A stretch of DNA of 61,476 nt, the filler included. It is 8 parts of 8 records of this genome, joined end to end, with 100 filler letters (N's around TTAATTAATTAA, not from the genome) between each part and the next. Parts side by side here need not be neighbours in the genome. Positions count along the whole stretch, not along the records: positions 31,249 to 44,587 come from SRR31156797_27984; positions 44,688 to 55,285 come from SRR31156797_28012; 6 more parts are not named here. The stretch is one strand, 5' to 3'. Position numbers and translations under genes: made by a program. Shown here in pieces: positions 41,360 to 49,294 of this stretch; positions within the stretch are counted from its first letter, which is position 1, and every line of letters starts with the position of its first letter. Under the pieces are notes generated by a model. It saw only the letters and a program-made list of their open reading frames with translations. It was not told the origin of the DNA and ran no database searches.

Positions 41360-41492
41360 ATTTCCTGCCTTCTTCTATCGCCACATACGTCAACCGCAGG
41401 GCAAAATTTCCACCATCACAAAATGATGGGGATACTCTGACAATAAAATAAAAACAGGGTCAGGTTCAAGACAAACCGACAATAATACCATC

Positions 41493-41524
41493 AAAAAAAA
41501 GGCCGCTCCAAAGAGCGGCCTTTT
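41493..41524 (-). terminator. Intrinsic terminator after purM
   Basis: A8-GGCCGCTC/GAGCGGCC-TTTT. Confidence 0.88.
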
Positions 41525-41546
41525 ATAAACTCAATACAATCTAATA

Positions 41547-42608
41547 CTAGGGGAAAGTAATCTCGACTTGCTCACCAGAGCCTTCGCGCTCAACGATTTC
41601 ACCGATACGGTAGGCATCAACATCATCACGAGCGTCAAGTATCTCCATGGCCTTGTCTGCGCTATCTGCATCAAGGATGAGAATATATCCGATACCGCAG
41701 TTGAATATCTGCAACATCTCCGGCCAGGACAGTCCACCCTGATTCTTGAGCCAATCAAAAATCGGCAGCATATCCCAGGAGCCAAATTCAATGGCCGCCG
41801 TGACATCATCAGGCAAAACGCGAGGGATATTGTCGTAGAAACCGCCACCCGTGACATGAACCATGCCCTTGATGGTCAGGGATTCCATAACTTCAAGGAC
41901 GGCCTTGACGTAAATTTTGGTCGGCTCGATAAGCACCTCGGCCACGGTCTTGTCCGTACCGGGGAATGTGTCGTCTTGTTTGAGACCGGATTCGCCAAGA
42001 ATCTTTCGAATCAAAGACCAACCATTGGAATGGGCGCCCGTAGAACCGAGCCCGATGAGCACATCACCAGCCTTGACGTCCTTGCCAGTCACCATCTTGG
42101 GCGTATCCACCATGCCGACAGCAAAACCGGATAGATCGTACTCACCGTCAGGATAAAAACCGGGCATTTCAGCGGTTTCACCGCCAAGAAGTGCGCACGC
42201 TGACTGACGGCACCCTTCACACACACCGGACACGACCTGTGCAGCTACGCCGGATTCCAACTTGCCTGTAGCAAAATAGTCAAGGAAGAACAGTGGGGTC
42301 GCCCCTTGGACAAGCACATCGTTGACCGACATAGCAACCAAATCAATGCCCACGGTGTCATGCTTATCAAACATAAAGGCAAGCTTGAGCTTGGTACCAA
42401 CGCCGTCAGCGCCGGACACGAGCATGGGAGCTTCCATACCGGAAATTTCTGGCTTGAACAGACCGCCGAAGCCGCCGATGTCCGTTGCCACGCCGGGCGT
42501 GAAGGTGGATTTCACCATATCTTTAATACGGCCGACAAATTCATTGCCTGCCTCGATGTTCACACCGGCTGCGGTGTATGCCTGGGAACGTTTGGCGCTA
42601 TCGCTCAT
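41547..42608 (-). CDS. purM: Phosphoribosylformylglycinamidine cyclo-ligase
   Basis: YTAAGV, GGFGGLF, DGVGTK, DLVAMSVND, GGETAEMP, HSNG, HVTGGG. Confidence 0.98.
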   Translation of the reverse strand: MSDSAKRSQAYTAAGVNIEAGNEFVGRIKDMVKSTFTPGVATDIGGFGGLFKPEISGMEAPMLVSGADGVGTKLKLAFMFDKHDTVGIDLVAMSVNDVLVQGATPLFFLDYFATGKLESGVAAQVVSGVCEGCRQSACALLGGETAEMPGFYPDGEYDLSGFAVGMVDTPKMVTGKDVKAGDVLIGLGSTGAHSNGWSLIRKILGESGLKQDDTFPGTDKTVAEVLIEPTKIYVKAVLEVMESLTIKGMVHVTGGGFYDNIPRVLPDDVTAAIEFGSWDMLPIFDWLKNQGGLSWPEMLQIFNCGIGYILILDADSADKAMEILDARDDVDAYRIGEIVEREGSGEQVEITFP

Positions 42609-42765
42609 GTCTTTCTCCTAACAATCGTTCAAGATGGAGCTTCTATAGATGGTTGCTCGCCCAAGTTCAAGAAGAGAATGGACGGCCCGCCAATTGCATT
42701 GCCATAATTACAGCCTGCGCGTATATAAACATTAAAAAAGAACACAGTCTGTCATGGAGGAAAGC

Positions 42766-43146
42766 ATGCGCCATTTCAGTACCATAGCCGTCGCCATCCT
42801 GACCGTCCTGGTTTTGACGATCACTCCGGCACTGGCCCAGAATAAATTTAAAAACGAAGATACTGCCAAAAACAGACAGGACAATGCGTTCGGCACACGC
42901 TCAGTTGAGGACGAAAAGCCCACAACCACCTTTGGCACCAATGAGGCCGGAGACAGCACCATCAGTTCCGACCCGCCTAAAAAAGAGCAAACGGATTGGT
43001 ATGATCGAGAAACCGTGATCACACCATGGGGTGTCTCCTCCAAACCAGCCAACTCAAATTCCACCACGACGACTACCGAAGAATTTATTGACGAGGATGG
43101 CAAGAAGACCACCCGAACGACAACCACCAAGACAAAAAAAGACTGA
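42766..43146 (+). CDS. Hypothetical exported low-complexity (Thr-rich) protein
   Basis: GGAGG RBS, signal peptide ending PALA, polar mature part. Confidence 0.7.
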   Translation: MRHFSTIAVAILTVLVLTITPALAQNKFKNEDTAKNRQDNAFGTRSVEDEKPTTTFGTNEAGDSTISSDPPKKEQTDWYDRETVITPWGVSSKPANSNSTTTTTEEFIDEDGKKTTRTTTTKTKKD

Positions 43147-43210
43147 GTTCATTCTCGGCCCATGACGAACACACACCCTTCTGGTAATATACCGCCAGGA
43201 GGGTTTTCCC

Positions 43211-44230
43211 ATGATTGAAGCGAGACTTTGGGAATCAATTGGACGCGACACGATTTCCTGCCGATTATGCAACCACTACTGCCCAATCAAACCCGGCAAG
43301 CGGGGGCGATGCGGTGTGCGTGAAAACCGTAACGGCACACTCTATTCGCTGAATTACGACAAAATTGCCGTTCAAAACCTTGATCCCGTAGAAAAAAAGC
43401 CACTCTATCATTTCCAACCGGGGACACGCACATATTCAATAGCCACCATGGGCTGCAATCTACGCTGTTCATTCTGCCAGAATTGGTCGCTGTCTCAACC
43501 GCCGCACGAAAACGGTATCATTGAAGGTCATGCTGTGACACCGCAACAATTGGTGGACGATGCCATCAGACGTGGGGCCGCCTCCATTTCCTATACATAC
43601 TCCGAGCCAACCATCTTTTTCGAATTGATGCAGGATACAGCCACTCTCGCTAAAGCGCGTGGCCTGAAAAATATTATGGTGTCCAATGGCTTCATGAGCA
43701 CGGAAAGTCTCGAAGAGTTGGCACCGCTTATTGACGCCATCAACGTGGACCTGAAATGTTTCACCGAAGATTTTTACAAAGAGATATCCGGCGCACGCCT
43801 GAAACCTGTGCTGAACAACCTCATAAAAATCAAACATGAACTCAAGTGGTGGCTTGAAGTCACGACCTTGCTCATCCCCGGCCACAATGATTCTCCGGCT
43901 GAATTGAACCAACTGACAGAATTTATTGCCAAGGAGCTCGGCACAGATACGCCATGGCACATCTCCCGCTTCCACCCGGACTACAAAATGACCAATTCAG
44001 GAGTTACTCCCGGAGACGCTCTGGAAACCGCATATGATATCGGCAAGTCAAAAGGACTTAAATACGTATACATCGGCAACATGCCGGGACTTGATAGACA
44101 AACGACCTTCTGCCCTGGCTGTAACGCCCAGCTCATCGACCGTTCCGGGTTCTCCATTCAGTGCTCAGGAATCAAGAATAGTCGGTGTACACAATGCGGC
44201 GAAATCATCCATGGCATAAATATGGGATAG
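43211..44230 (+). CDS. amrS: AmmeMemoRadiSam system radical SAM enzyme
   Basis: CRLCNHYC..CGVR, DPVEKKPLYHF, GCNLRCSFCQNW, YTYSEP, WHISRFHP, C-terminal CPGC/CTQC. Confidence 0.9.
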   Translation: MIEARLWESIGRDTISCRLCNHYCPIKPGKRGRCGVRENRNGTLYSLNYDKIAVQNLDPVEKKPLYHFQPGTRTYSIATMGCNLRCSFCQNWSLSQPPHENGIIEGHAVTPQQLVDDAIRRGAASISYTYSEPTIFFELMQDTATLAKARGLKNIMVSNGFMSTESLEELAPLIDAINVDLKCFTEDFYKEISGARLKPVLNNLIKIKHELKWWLEVTTLLIPGHNDSPAELNQLTEFIAKELGTDTPWHISRFHPDYKMTNSGVTPGDALETAYDIGKSKGLKYVYIGNMPGLDRQTTFCPGCNAQLIDRSGFSIQCSGIKNSRCTQCGEIIHGINMG

Positions 44231-44424
44231 TAGCACTTGCCAAGAGCGAGCATATGCAGTAGGTATGCTTCCCTCCACGGCGCAGTTGTTTGTTTTTTGG
44301 TTTTGTCAGAGTGCGAGAGTCTCCATCTGACAAAGTGCAGTGAAGGTTAAGTCTTCGTATATCCCAATATGCCAAGATTTATCTTTCACAATAACGCAGC
44401 CAGAGCGTAAGCTCTTTGTGACTT

Positions 44425-44549
44425 GTCAGATTCGTGAGGATTTTCTCTGGCAAGGCGCAAGAAAAAGACGGGATTGTCGCGTATTCCCATACGCAAGAGT
44501 CCGACTTTATCGCAGCAACGCAGCTAGTGGAAATCCTCACGAATCTGAC
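44425..44549. repeat. 125-nt palindromic element (MITE/REP-like) with 19-bp perfect terminal inverted repeats
   Basis: GTCAGATTCGTGAGGATTT (44425-44443) and AAATCCTCACGAATCTGAC (44531-44549); central GCGTAT-TCCC-ATACGC hairpin at the midpoint. Confidence 0.75.
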
Positions 44550-44587
44550 GGGGCGTGGCGCAGTCTGGTAGCGCGCCTGCTTTGGGA
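44549..44587 (+). tRNA. tRNA-Pro(TGG), 5' half, truncated by spacer
   Basis: CGGGGCG-TG-GCGC-AGTCTGGTA-GCGC-G-CCTGC-TTTGGGA: acceptor strand, D arm and anticodon loop with TGG. Confidence 0.9.
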
Positions 44588-44687
44588 NNNNNNNNNNNNN
44601 NNNNNNNNNNNNNNNNNNNNNNNNNNNNNNNTTAATTAATTAANNNNNNNNNNNNNNNNNNNNNNNNNNNNNNNNNNNNNNNNNNNN
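44588..44687. other. Artificial contig spacer
   Basis: Same 100-nt spacer. Confidence 0.98.
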
Positions 44688-44837
44688 TTACGAGTTTAGA
44701 GTTACGAGTTTAGAATTGCGAATTTATGCCATAGGCATCCCTTCGGGAGAGTTACGAACTACGGGTTAGGAATCCTCCTTCGTGAAAATTTTGAGTTCGA
44801 TAAACTAATAACCAATAACCAATAACCAAATAACCAA
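44688..44837. repeat. Degenerate heptamer tandem repeats
   Basis: AGTTACG/AGTTTAG/AATTGCG units at 44688-44770 and TAACCAA units at about 44802-44837. Confidence 0.75.
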
Positions 44838-44858
44838 TCACGAATAACTTCTCCCCCG

Positions 44859-45545
44859 TTATTTTGCAGAAAAGTACCAGTTGAGGCTGAACCAGAGCGC
44901 CTGATTGATACCAGTATCGGAAAAGCTTTTCGCACGATAGCCCGGGCCGAATTCAATACTGTTGCCCCCATTGATGTCATATCCGATTAAAGCCAGTAAC
45001 CGTATTTCCAGATCGGGTTTTTCTTTCCCGAAAATGCCCAGGTATTCGTTGTTGAATTTCAGATAAAACTCTTTGGGGTCAATATTATCTCCCGCAAGGG
45101 GTTTTTCAAAAGTGATTCTGTAACGCCCCCGATACTCCCATTCCTTATCCGGGCCTAAAGTTTGATCGGCTGCAATGCGGTACCCCATTCTGATGGCGTT
45201 AAAACGGCTTACGATTGAAAATTGTTGCAAAAGCCTGTGAGCCGATTGGTCCTGGCGGCTAATCAGGGTGTAGCCTCCACTCAGGGATTGGTTAATTCGG
45301 GTTTTTACGGAGATGATTGCCGAGGCTTCGAACTGCCGGTAGCTGTACTCAAAAACGTCTTCACCGGTATCCAGTCGCTCGTATAGTGCAAGGCGCGATT
45401 CGAAGTTGCCGGTGAGTTTTACATTTCCGGAAACCTTTCCTGAAATATTTATTTTGGGCAATAATCCGGCTGTAAAGGTATCCTGTCCTGCAACACTGAC
45501 AGTCAGAAAAATTCCTGTCAAAAACAAAAATTTCCGCATAGCCAA
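44859..45545 (-). CDS. DUF2490-like outer-membrane beta-barrel protein
   Basis: Signal peptide, alternating beta pattern, HRLLQQ, YRGRYR, NNEYL, aromatic C-terminus. Confidence 0.7.
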   Translation of the reverse strand: MAMRKFLFLTGIFLTVSVAGQDTFTAGLLPKINISGKVSGNVKLTGNFESRLALYERLDTGEDVFEYSYRQFEASAIISVKTRINQSLSGGYTLISRQDQSAHRLLQQFSIVSRFNAIRMGYRIAADQTLGPDKEWEYRGRYRITFEKPLAGDNIDPKEFYLKFNNEYLGIFGKEKPDLEIRLLALIGYDINGGNSIEFGPGYRAKSFSDTGINQALWFSLNWYFSAK

Positions 45546-45553
45546 CCCCTGTT

Positions 45554-46138
45554 TTAAAATTCCATGTTATTCATGCTGCGCAAATCCAGTTCAAGCGATT
45601 TTTCGATGGCTCCGCTTTGGCCGATTAAAACTTCAAAAGCCTTATATGACTTATCTTTCCGTGTTTCCACGATGATTTCGTATTTTTTGTAGTACGTACC
45701 TGCTGAAGTTCCGTTTTTGATGATGTCTTTTAGAATATTGGGGTCCTTTGCGGTGTATTGAATTTGAAGCTTCAGGACTTTATAATCACCAAACATGTGG
45801 GCAAGCGACCGGGAAATTTCATCACTTGTACTATGATCCAGGTCTTTACACTTTATGGTTTTCTCCACATCTTGCAGATTGCCCAACGTATCAAATTCAA
45901 CACTGTATTTTTGCTTTTGAAATTTCACCTTGGCCTCAATACTCCTGCCGTCCTGACTTTCTTCGGCAAACCATTTGACTTTGCCGCTTTCAGCCGCATC
46001 ATCAATGAACTGCAATGCGCGATCAGGCACCTCATTTTTGTTGATCCGGTATTCGCGTTCAAATTTGGTTTGAGCAGATATACCCGAAGGCAATACCAAA
46101 ACTATCCATATGTAGGTAATGCAATGCGAAAACTTCAT
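45554..46138 (-). CDS. Hypothetical exported protein (PepSY-like repeats possible)
   Basis: Signal peptide ending ISAQ; EVP..A, KVKW..E, EAK, SVEFD..G.L..VE pattern. Confidence 0.65.
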   Translation of the reverse strand: MKFSHCITYIWIVLVLPSGISAQTKFEREYRINKNEVPDRALQFIDDAAESGKVKWFAEESQDGRSIEAKVKFQKQKYSVEFDTLGNLQDVEKTIKCKDLDHSTSDEISRSLAHMFGDYKVLKLQIQYTAKDPNILKDIIKNGTSAGTYYKKYEIIVETRKDKSYKAFEVLIGQSGAIEKSLELDLRSMNNMEF

Positions 46139-46252
46139 ATAGCATCAAAAATTAAATGCTGAATTAACAATTCAAAAAAATAAAAAGTTGTGTATGAAAG
46201 GCGCTGAAATTGTTAAAAATCTGATATTCCACCCGGGACTCATATTGAAGGA

Positions 46253-46972
46253 TCAGGAAGTAAATTCGCGCAAAACCACCGAAGCACAAAAGCATCCAAA
46301 AACTGCCGGCATGTATGAGATTGTGCCAACAACTGATTTTTTATTTTGCTCACCATCGGTGCGGATGATGCGCTCTTTTACTATCGGCTCAGGTGAGAAA
46401 ACTGCCTGAAAACCTGAACGGATGCCAAATTTTTGCAATCGCTTGCGGATATAAAAAGCCAGTTTACAGCCATATGTTTCCGAAACATCAACAGCTTCTA
46501 CAAGCCCCGGATTCATTTTACCACCTGCACCCATCGAACTCACTACTTTCAGGCCATTTTCAAGGGCGCCTTTGATGAAGAAAACCTTGGGCGACAGGGT
46601 ATCGATGGCATCAACAACATAATCATAAGGATAGTCAAGAATTTCGTCTACCCGCTGATCTTTCATGTATTCATCCAAAACAACCAGTTCAATTTTTGGA
46701 TTGATGTCTCTAAGCCGGGCTTCCATCAGATGTGCTTTACGTAATCCTTCGGTACTTTTTAAGGCCAGGAGCTGCCTGTTGCGGTTGCTTGGCGAAACGG
46801 CGTCTCCGTCCAGAATGGAAAGTTTCCCGATTCCTGCACGGCAGAGCATTTCGGCAGCATAGGCCCCAACACCACCCAGGCCAGCAACCAGTACATGCTT
46901 TTGTGTGAACATGTCAAGCTTTTCGGCGCCCAGCAACATTTCAGTCCGGTGATTCCAGGTTTCTTCGGTCAT
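46253..46972 (-). CDS. tcdA: tRNA threonylcarbamoyladenosine dehydratase (ThiF/E1-like)
   Basis: GLGGVG, D.V..SNRNRQ, VVDAID, SSMGAGGK, GTISYMPAVFG. Confidence 0.9.
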   Translation of the reverse strand: MTEETWNHRTEMLLGAEKLDMFTQKHVLVAGLGGVGAYAAEMLCRAGIGKLSILDGDAVSPSNRNRQLLALKSTEGLRKAHLMEARLRDINPKIELVVLDEYMKDQRVDEILDYPYDYVVDAIDTLSPKVFFIKGALENGLKVVSSMGAGGKMNPGLVEAVDVSETYGCKLAFYIRKRLQKFGIRSGFQAVFSPEPIVKERIIRTDGEQNKKSVVGTISYMPAVFGCFCASVVLREFTS

Positions 46973-47646
46973 AGTGTTCCAAAACAGTTTATGAAGTTTT
47001 GATGAATTTGACTTTTTAGTTTGTCGATGGTTATTTTTTTTAGTTCACTTGCGCGTTCATAGATCTCAACAATTGATCTTTTGGATTCATCCGTTTCGAG
47101 GAACATGTACTCAAGAGGGATGTTTCTGAAAACTTCCTCCGTATTTTTTTTACCCTGCAAAATACTTTCGCCAAACGAAAGGTAAAACCCTCTGTTGGTG
47201 AATTGCTGAGCGATCTGTATGTTTCCATTAAACCCATGAAAGATCATTTTCAATTTCAACTTTGATCTTTTATAAACCTCTATGATATCCGGATATGTTC
47301 GAACAGCGTGGATAATTACCGGTTTATTGTACTTTGCTGCAATGTCGAGTTGTGATTCGAATGCCTCCTTTTGCAGATCCAATGGAATTTCAATGGCTCT
47401 GTCAAGGCCGGTTTCACCGATGGCAATTACATTTTTTTGCTTTGCGGCAAGGTGCAGATTTTCGAGGTCTTTTTTCAACGTGTCATTATTGATATGCCAG
47501 GGGTGCAGCCCAACGGAAATATAATTTCCGGAATCCTCGGCGGGGTAATCACCAGTAAAAATATTTCTAACGCTGATAGTTGAATCTGCGTTTTCGATTA
47601 CACGATGCGTGTGAATATTGATATAAGGTACCGGTATCAATTCCAT
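46969..47646 (-). CDS. TatD family hydrolase
   Basis: NIHTH, GLHPW, IGETGLD, IIHAVR, FHGF, LETD; overlaps the tcdA start by 4 nt. Confidence 0.92.
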   Translation of the reverse strand: MELIPVPYINIHTHRVIENADSTISVRNIFTGDYPAEDSGNYISVGLHPWHINNDTLKKDLENLHLAAKQKNVIAIGETGLDRAIEIPLDLQKEAFESQLDIAAKYNKPVIIHAVRTYPDIIEVYKRSKLKLKMIFHGFNGNIQIAQQFTNRGFYLSFGESILQGKKNTEEVFRNIPLEYMFLETDESKRSIVEIYERASELKKITIDKLKSQIHQNFINCFGTL

Positions 47647-47657
47647 TTAAATTTTTG

Positions 47658-47665
47658 CAAAACTA
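47658..47665 (-). promoter_or_regulatory. Bacteroidota -7 promoter element
   Basis: TAGTTTTG matches TAnnTTTG, 11 nt upstream of the tatD ATG. Confidence 0.5.
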
Positions 47666-47726
47666 AAAATTACAAAATTGATAGTACATTCGTTGCCATC
47701 ATTTGTAGCAAGCAACAGCAAATATC

Positions 47727-48308
47727 ATGGATTTTGTAGGTGTGGATTATGGAAGTAAGCAGGCAGGAACCACAGCCATTTGTTTTGATATGGGTGATGG
47801 ATTAGAGTTCATTCAATCACTTAAAAAGCAGGATGCTGATGCCATGCTTATTGACTTTTTATCAAAGCACAACCCTGCCAAAGTTTTTATTGATGCGCCT
47901 TTGAGTTTGCCCAAAGCTTTTTTTGATGCAGGTGCAGATGATTATTTTTACCGGCGCGCCGACAGGAAAGTTAAAGCCATGTCGCCTATGTTTTTGGGTG
48001 GGCTCACCGCGCGGGCAATTCAGCTGATAAATCATCCGGGATGCAAGCATATCCGCTTTTTTGAATCTTATCCCCGCGGCCTGGTTGATGAGCTATCAAA
48101 ATTCAGCCCGGATTTGGGGCTACTGTACAAATCTGATATTGGAAAATTTACGGTTAAACTATTGGAAAAGTTTGAAATCAGTCAGCAATTAATCCCTGAA
48201 ACCTGGCATCAGGTGGATGCATTGTTGGCTTATTGTATTGGTATTAGAAAATCGAGAAGCGAAAATCTGGTTTTCGGTGATAAAACTGAAGGCTTGATTT
48301 ATGTTTGA
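47727..48308 (+). CDS. DUF429-like RNase H-fold protein
   Basis: VGVDYG, FIDAPLSLP, ESYP, HQVDALLA. Confidence 0.72.
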   Translation: MDFVGVDYGSKQAGTTAICFDMGDGLEFIQSLKKQDADAMLIDFLSKHNPAKVFIDAPLSLPKAFFDAGADDYFYRRADRKVKAMSPMFLGGLTARAIQLINHPGCKHIRFFESYPRGLVDELSKFSPDLGLLYKSDIGKFTVKLLEKFEISQQLIPETWHQVDALLAYCIGIRKSRSENLVFGDKTEGLIYV

Positions 48309-48338
48309 GAACCGATAGGGAATTGGCGGCCTGAGAGG

Positions 48339-48456
48339 TATGGGAAGTTGGAGTCCCGGGGTAATGTAAGATTGGAGTGTTGGAACGGTGGAGTTATGGA
48401 AGAATAGAGTAGTGAAAGATTGGAGTAGGTATAATGGAGTAGTGCAAGGATGGAAG
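48339..48456. repeat. Degenerate octamer tandem repeat between convergent genes
   Basis: ATTGGAGT GTTGGAAC GGTGGAGT TATGGAAG AATAGAGT AGTGAAAG ATTGGAGT ... AATGGAGT AGTGCAAG GATGGAAG. Confidence 0.72.
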
Positions 48457-48475
48457 AAGAATGTTGTAAGGTGCA

Positions 48476-49201
48476 TTAATGGAGGGTGAATCTAAAAAAC
48501 TCACCATCGTCGTAGGCTTTTTCGCCAAACCACCATCCGGCATGGCCTTTTTTGGGAACAACAACCCCCTTGTATTTGATCTCCTCTTCAATTTCACAGC
48601 CAAATGTGTGGTAATCAAAAAGTTTAGTATCACCGGGGTTCCCCCAGCGTTTCAGGTAAATTTGTTTGAGTGATCCATCATTACCAATTCTAAGATGTAC
48701 AGGCTGTTCTTCCTTATAAATAGTCCATGAAACCGTAATCTCATCATCAGAAATGGCATTCCATTTTACATTTGGATGAATTAACAAGTTGGGAAATAAT
48801 ACGGATTCAAGCCGGGCGCGGCCTTCTGCTGACCGGCTGATGTCTTCGCCGTCAGCTTTCATTACCGGAAATAAATTAAAAATGCTCCATTTCATAGCCC
48901 CGTCCTGGTTTAGAAAGTAATCATAACCTTTTACGGGAAGTACGCCCATGTGCACCGTTGCCTTCCATAAAAAACCCCTGTAAGGATTCACGTACAGCGT
49001 AGATTTAAAATTGGACCAATTAACCATTTTGATGATGCCCTTCAGGCGCAGTTCTCCAAAACCGGTGTCGGGAATTCCATCCGGCAGATGATATCTCAGG
49101 TACCTCGAAACAGGTTCAGGATAAGATTTCATGAGTTCAACCTTGTCAAAGTCTATTGCTTCCTTTGCCTTAAGTGCTGATATTATTTTGTTATCGTCCA
49201 T
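48476..49201 (-). CDS. Conserved hypothetical protein (DUF6544-like)
   Basis: PEPVSRYL, GFLWKA, V.GYD, GRARLES, VKW, RWGNP, GWW; family name from recall. Confidence 0.65.
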   Translation of the reverse strand: MDDNKIISALKAKEAIDFDKVELMKSYPEPVSRYLRYHLPDGIPDTGFGELRLKGIIKMVNWSNFKSTLYVNPYRGFLWKATVHMGVLPVKGYDYFLNQDGAMKWSIFNLFPVMKADGEDISRSAEGRARLESVLFPNLLIHPNVKWNAISDDEITVSWTIYKEEQPVHLRIGNDGSLKQIYLKRWGNPGDTKLFDYHTFGCEIEEEIKYKGVVVPKKGHAGWWFGEKAYDDGEFFRFTLH

Positions 49202-49242
49202 GATTGTTAATTTGTTGCAAGGATATGTGTTTTTGGAAAAAC

Positions 49243-49273
49243 AAAAAAGCCTCGTGAAACCACGAGGCTTTTT
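49243..49273 (-). terminator. Intrinsic terminator after the T9SS protein gene
   Basis: A6-GCCTCGTG-AAAC-CACGAGGC-T5. Confidence 0.88.
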
Positions 49274-49294
49274 ATGAGCAATTTAACCGCTCGA

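Noticed and set aside
43211-44230. Complete AmmeMemoRadiSam system
   Set aside because: Only the radical SAM member is here; no AMMECR1 or Memo partner is visible in the fragment.
7009-47646. Two TatD genes as a linked system
   Set aside because: They lie on different fragments from different domains of life.
44688-48456. Heptamer and octamer arrays as CRISPR
   Set aside because: Units are 7-8 nt with no unique spacers, and no cas genes are present.
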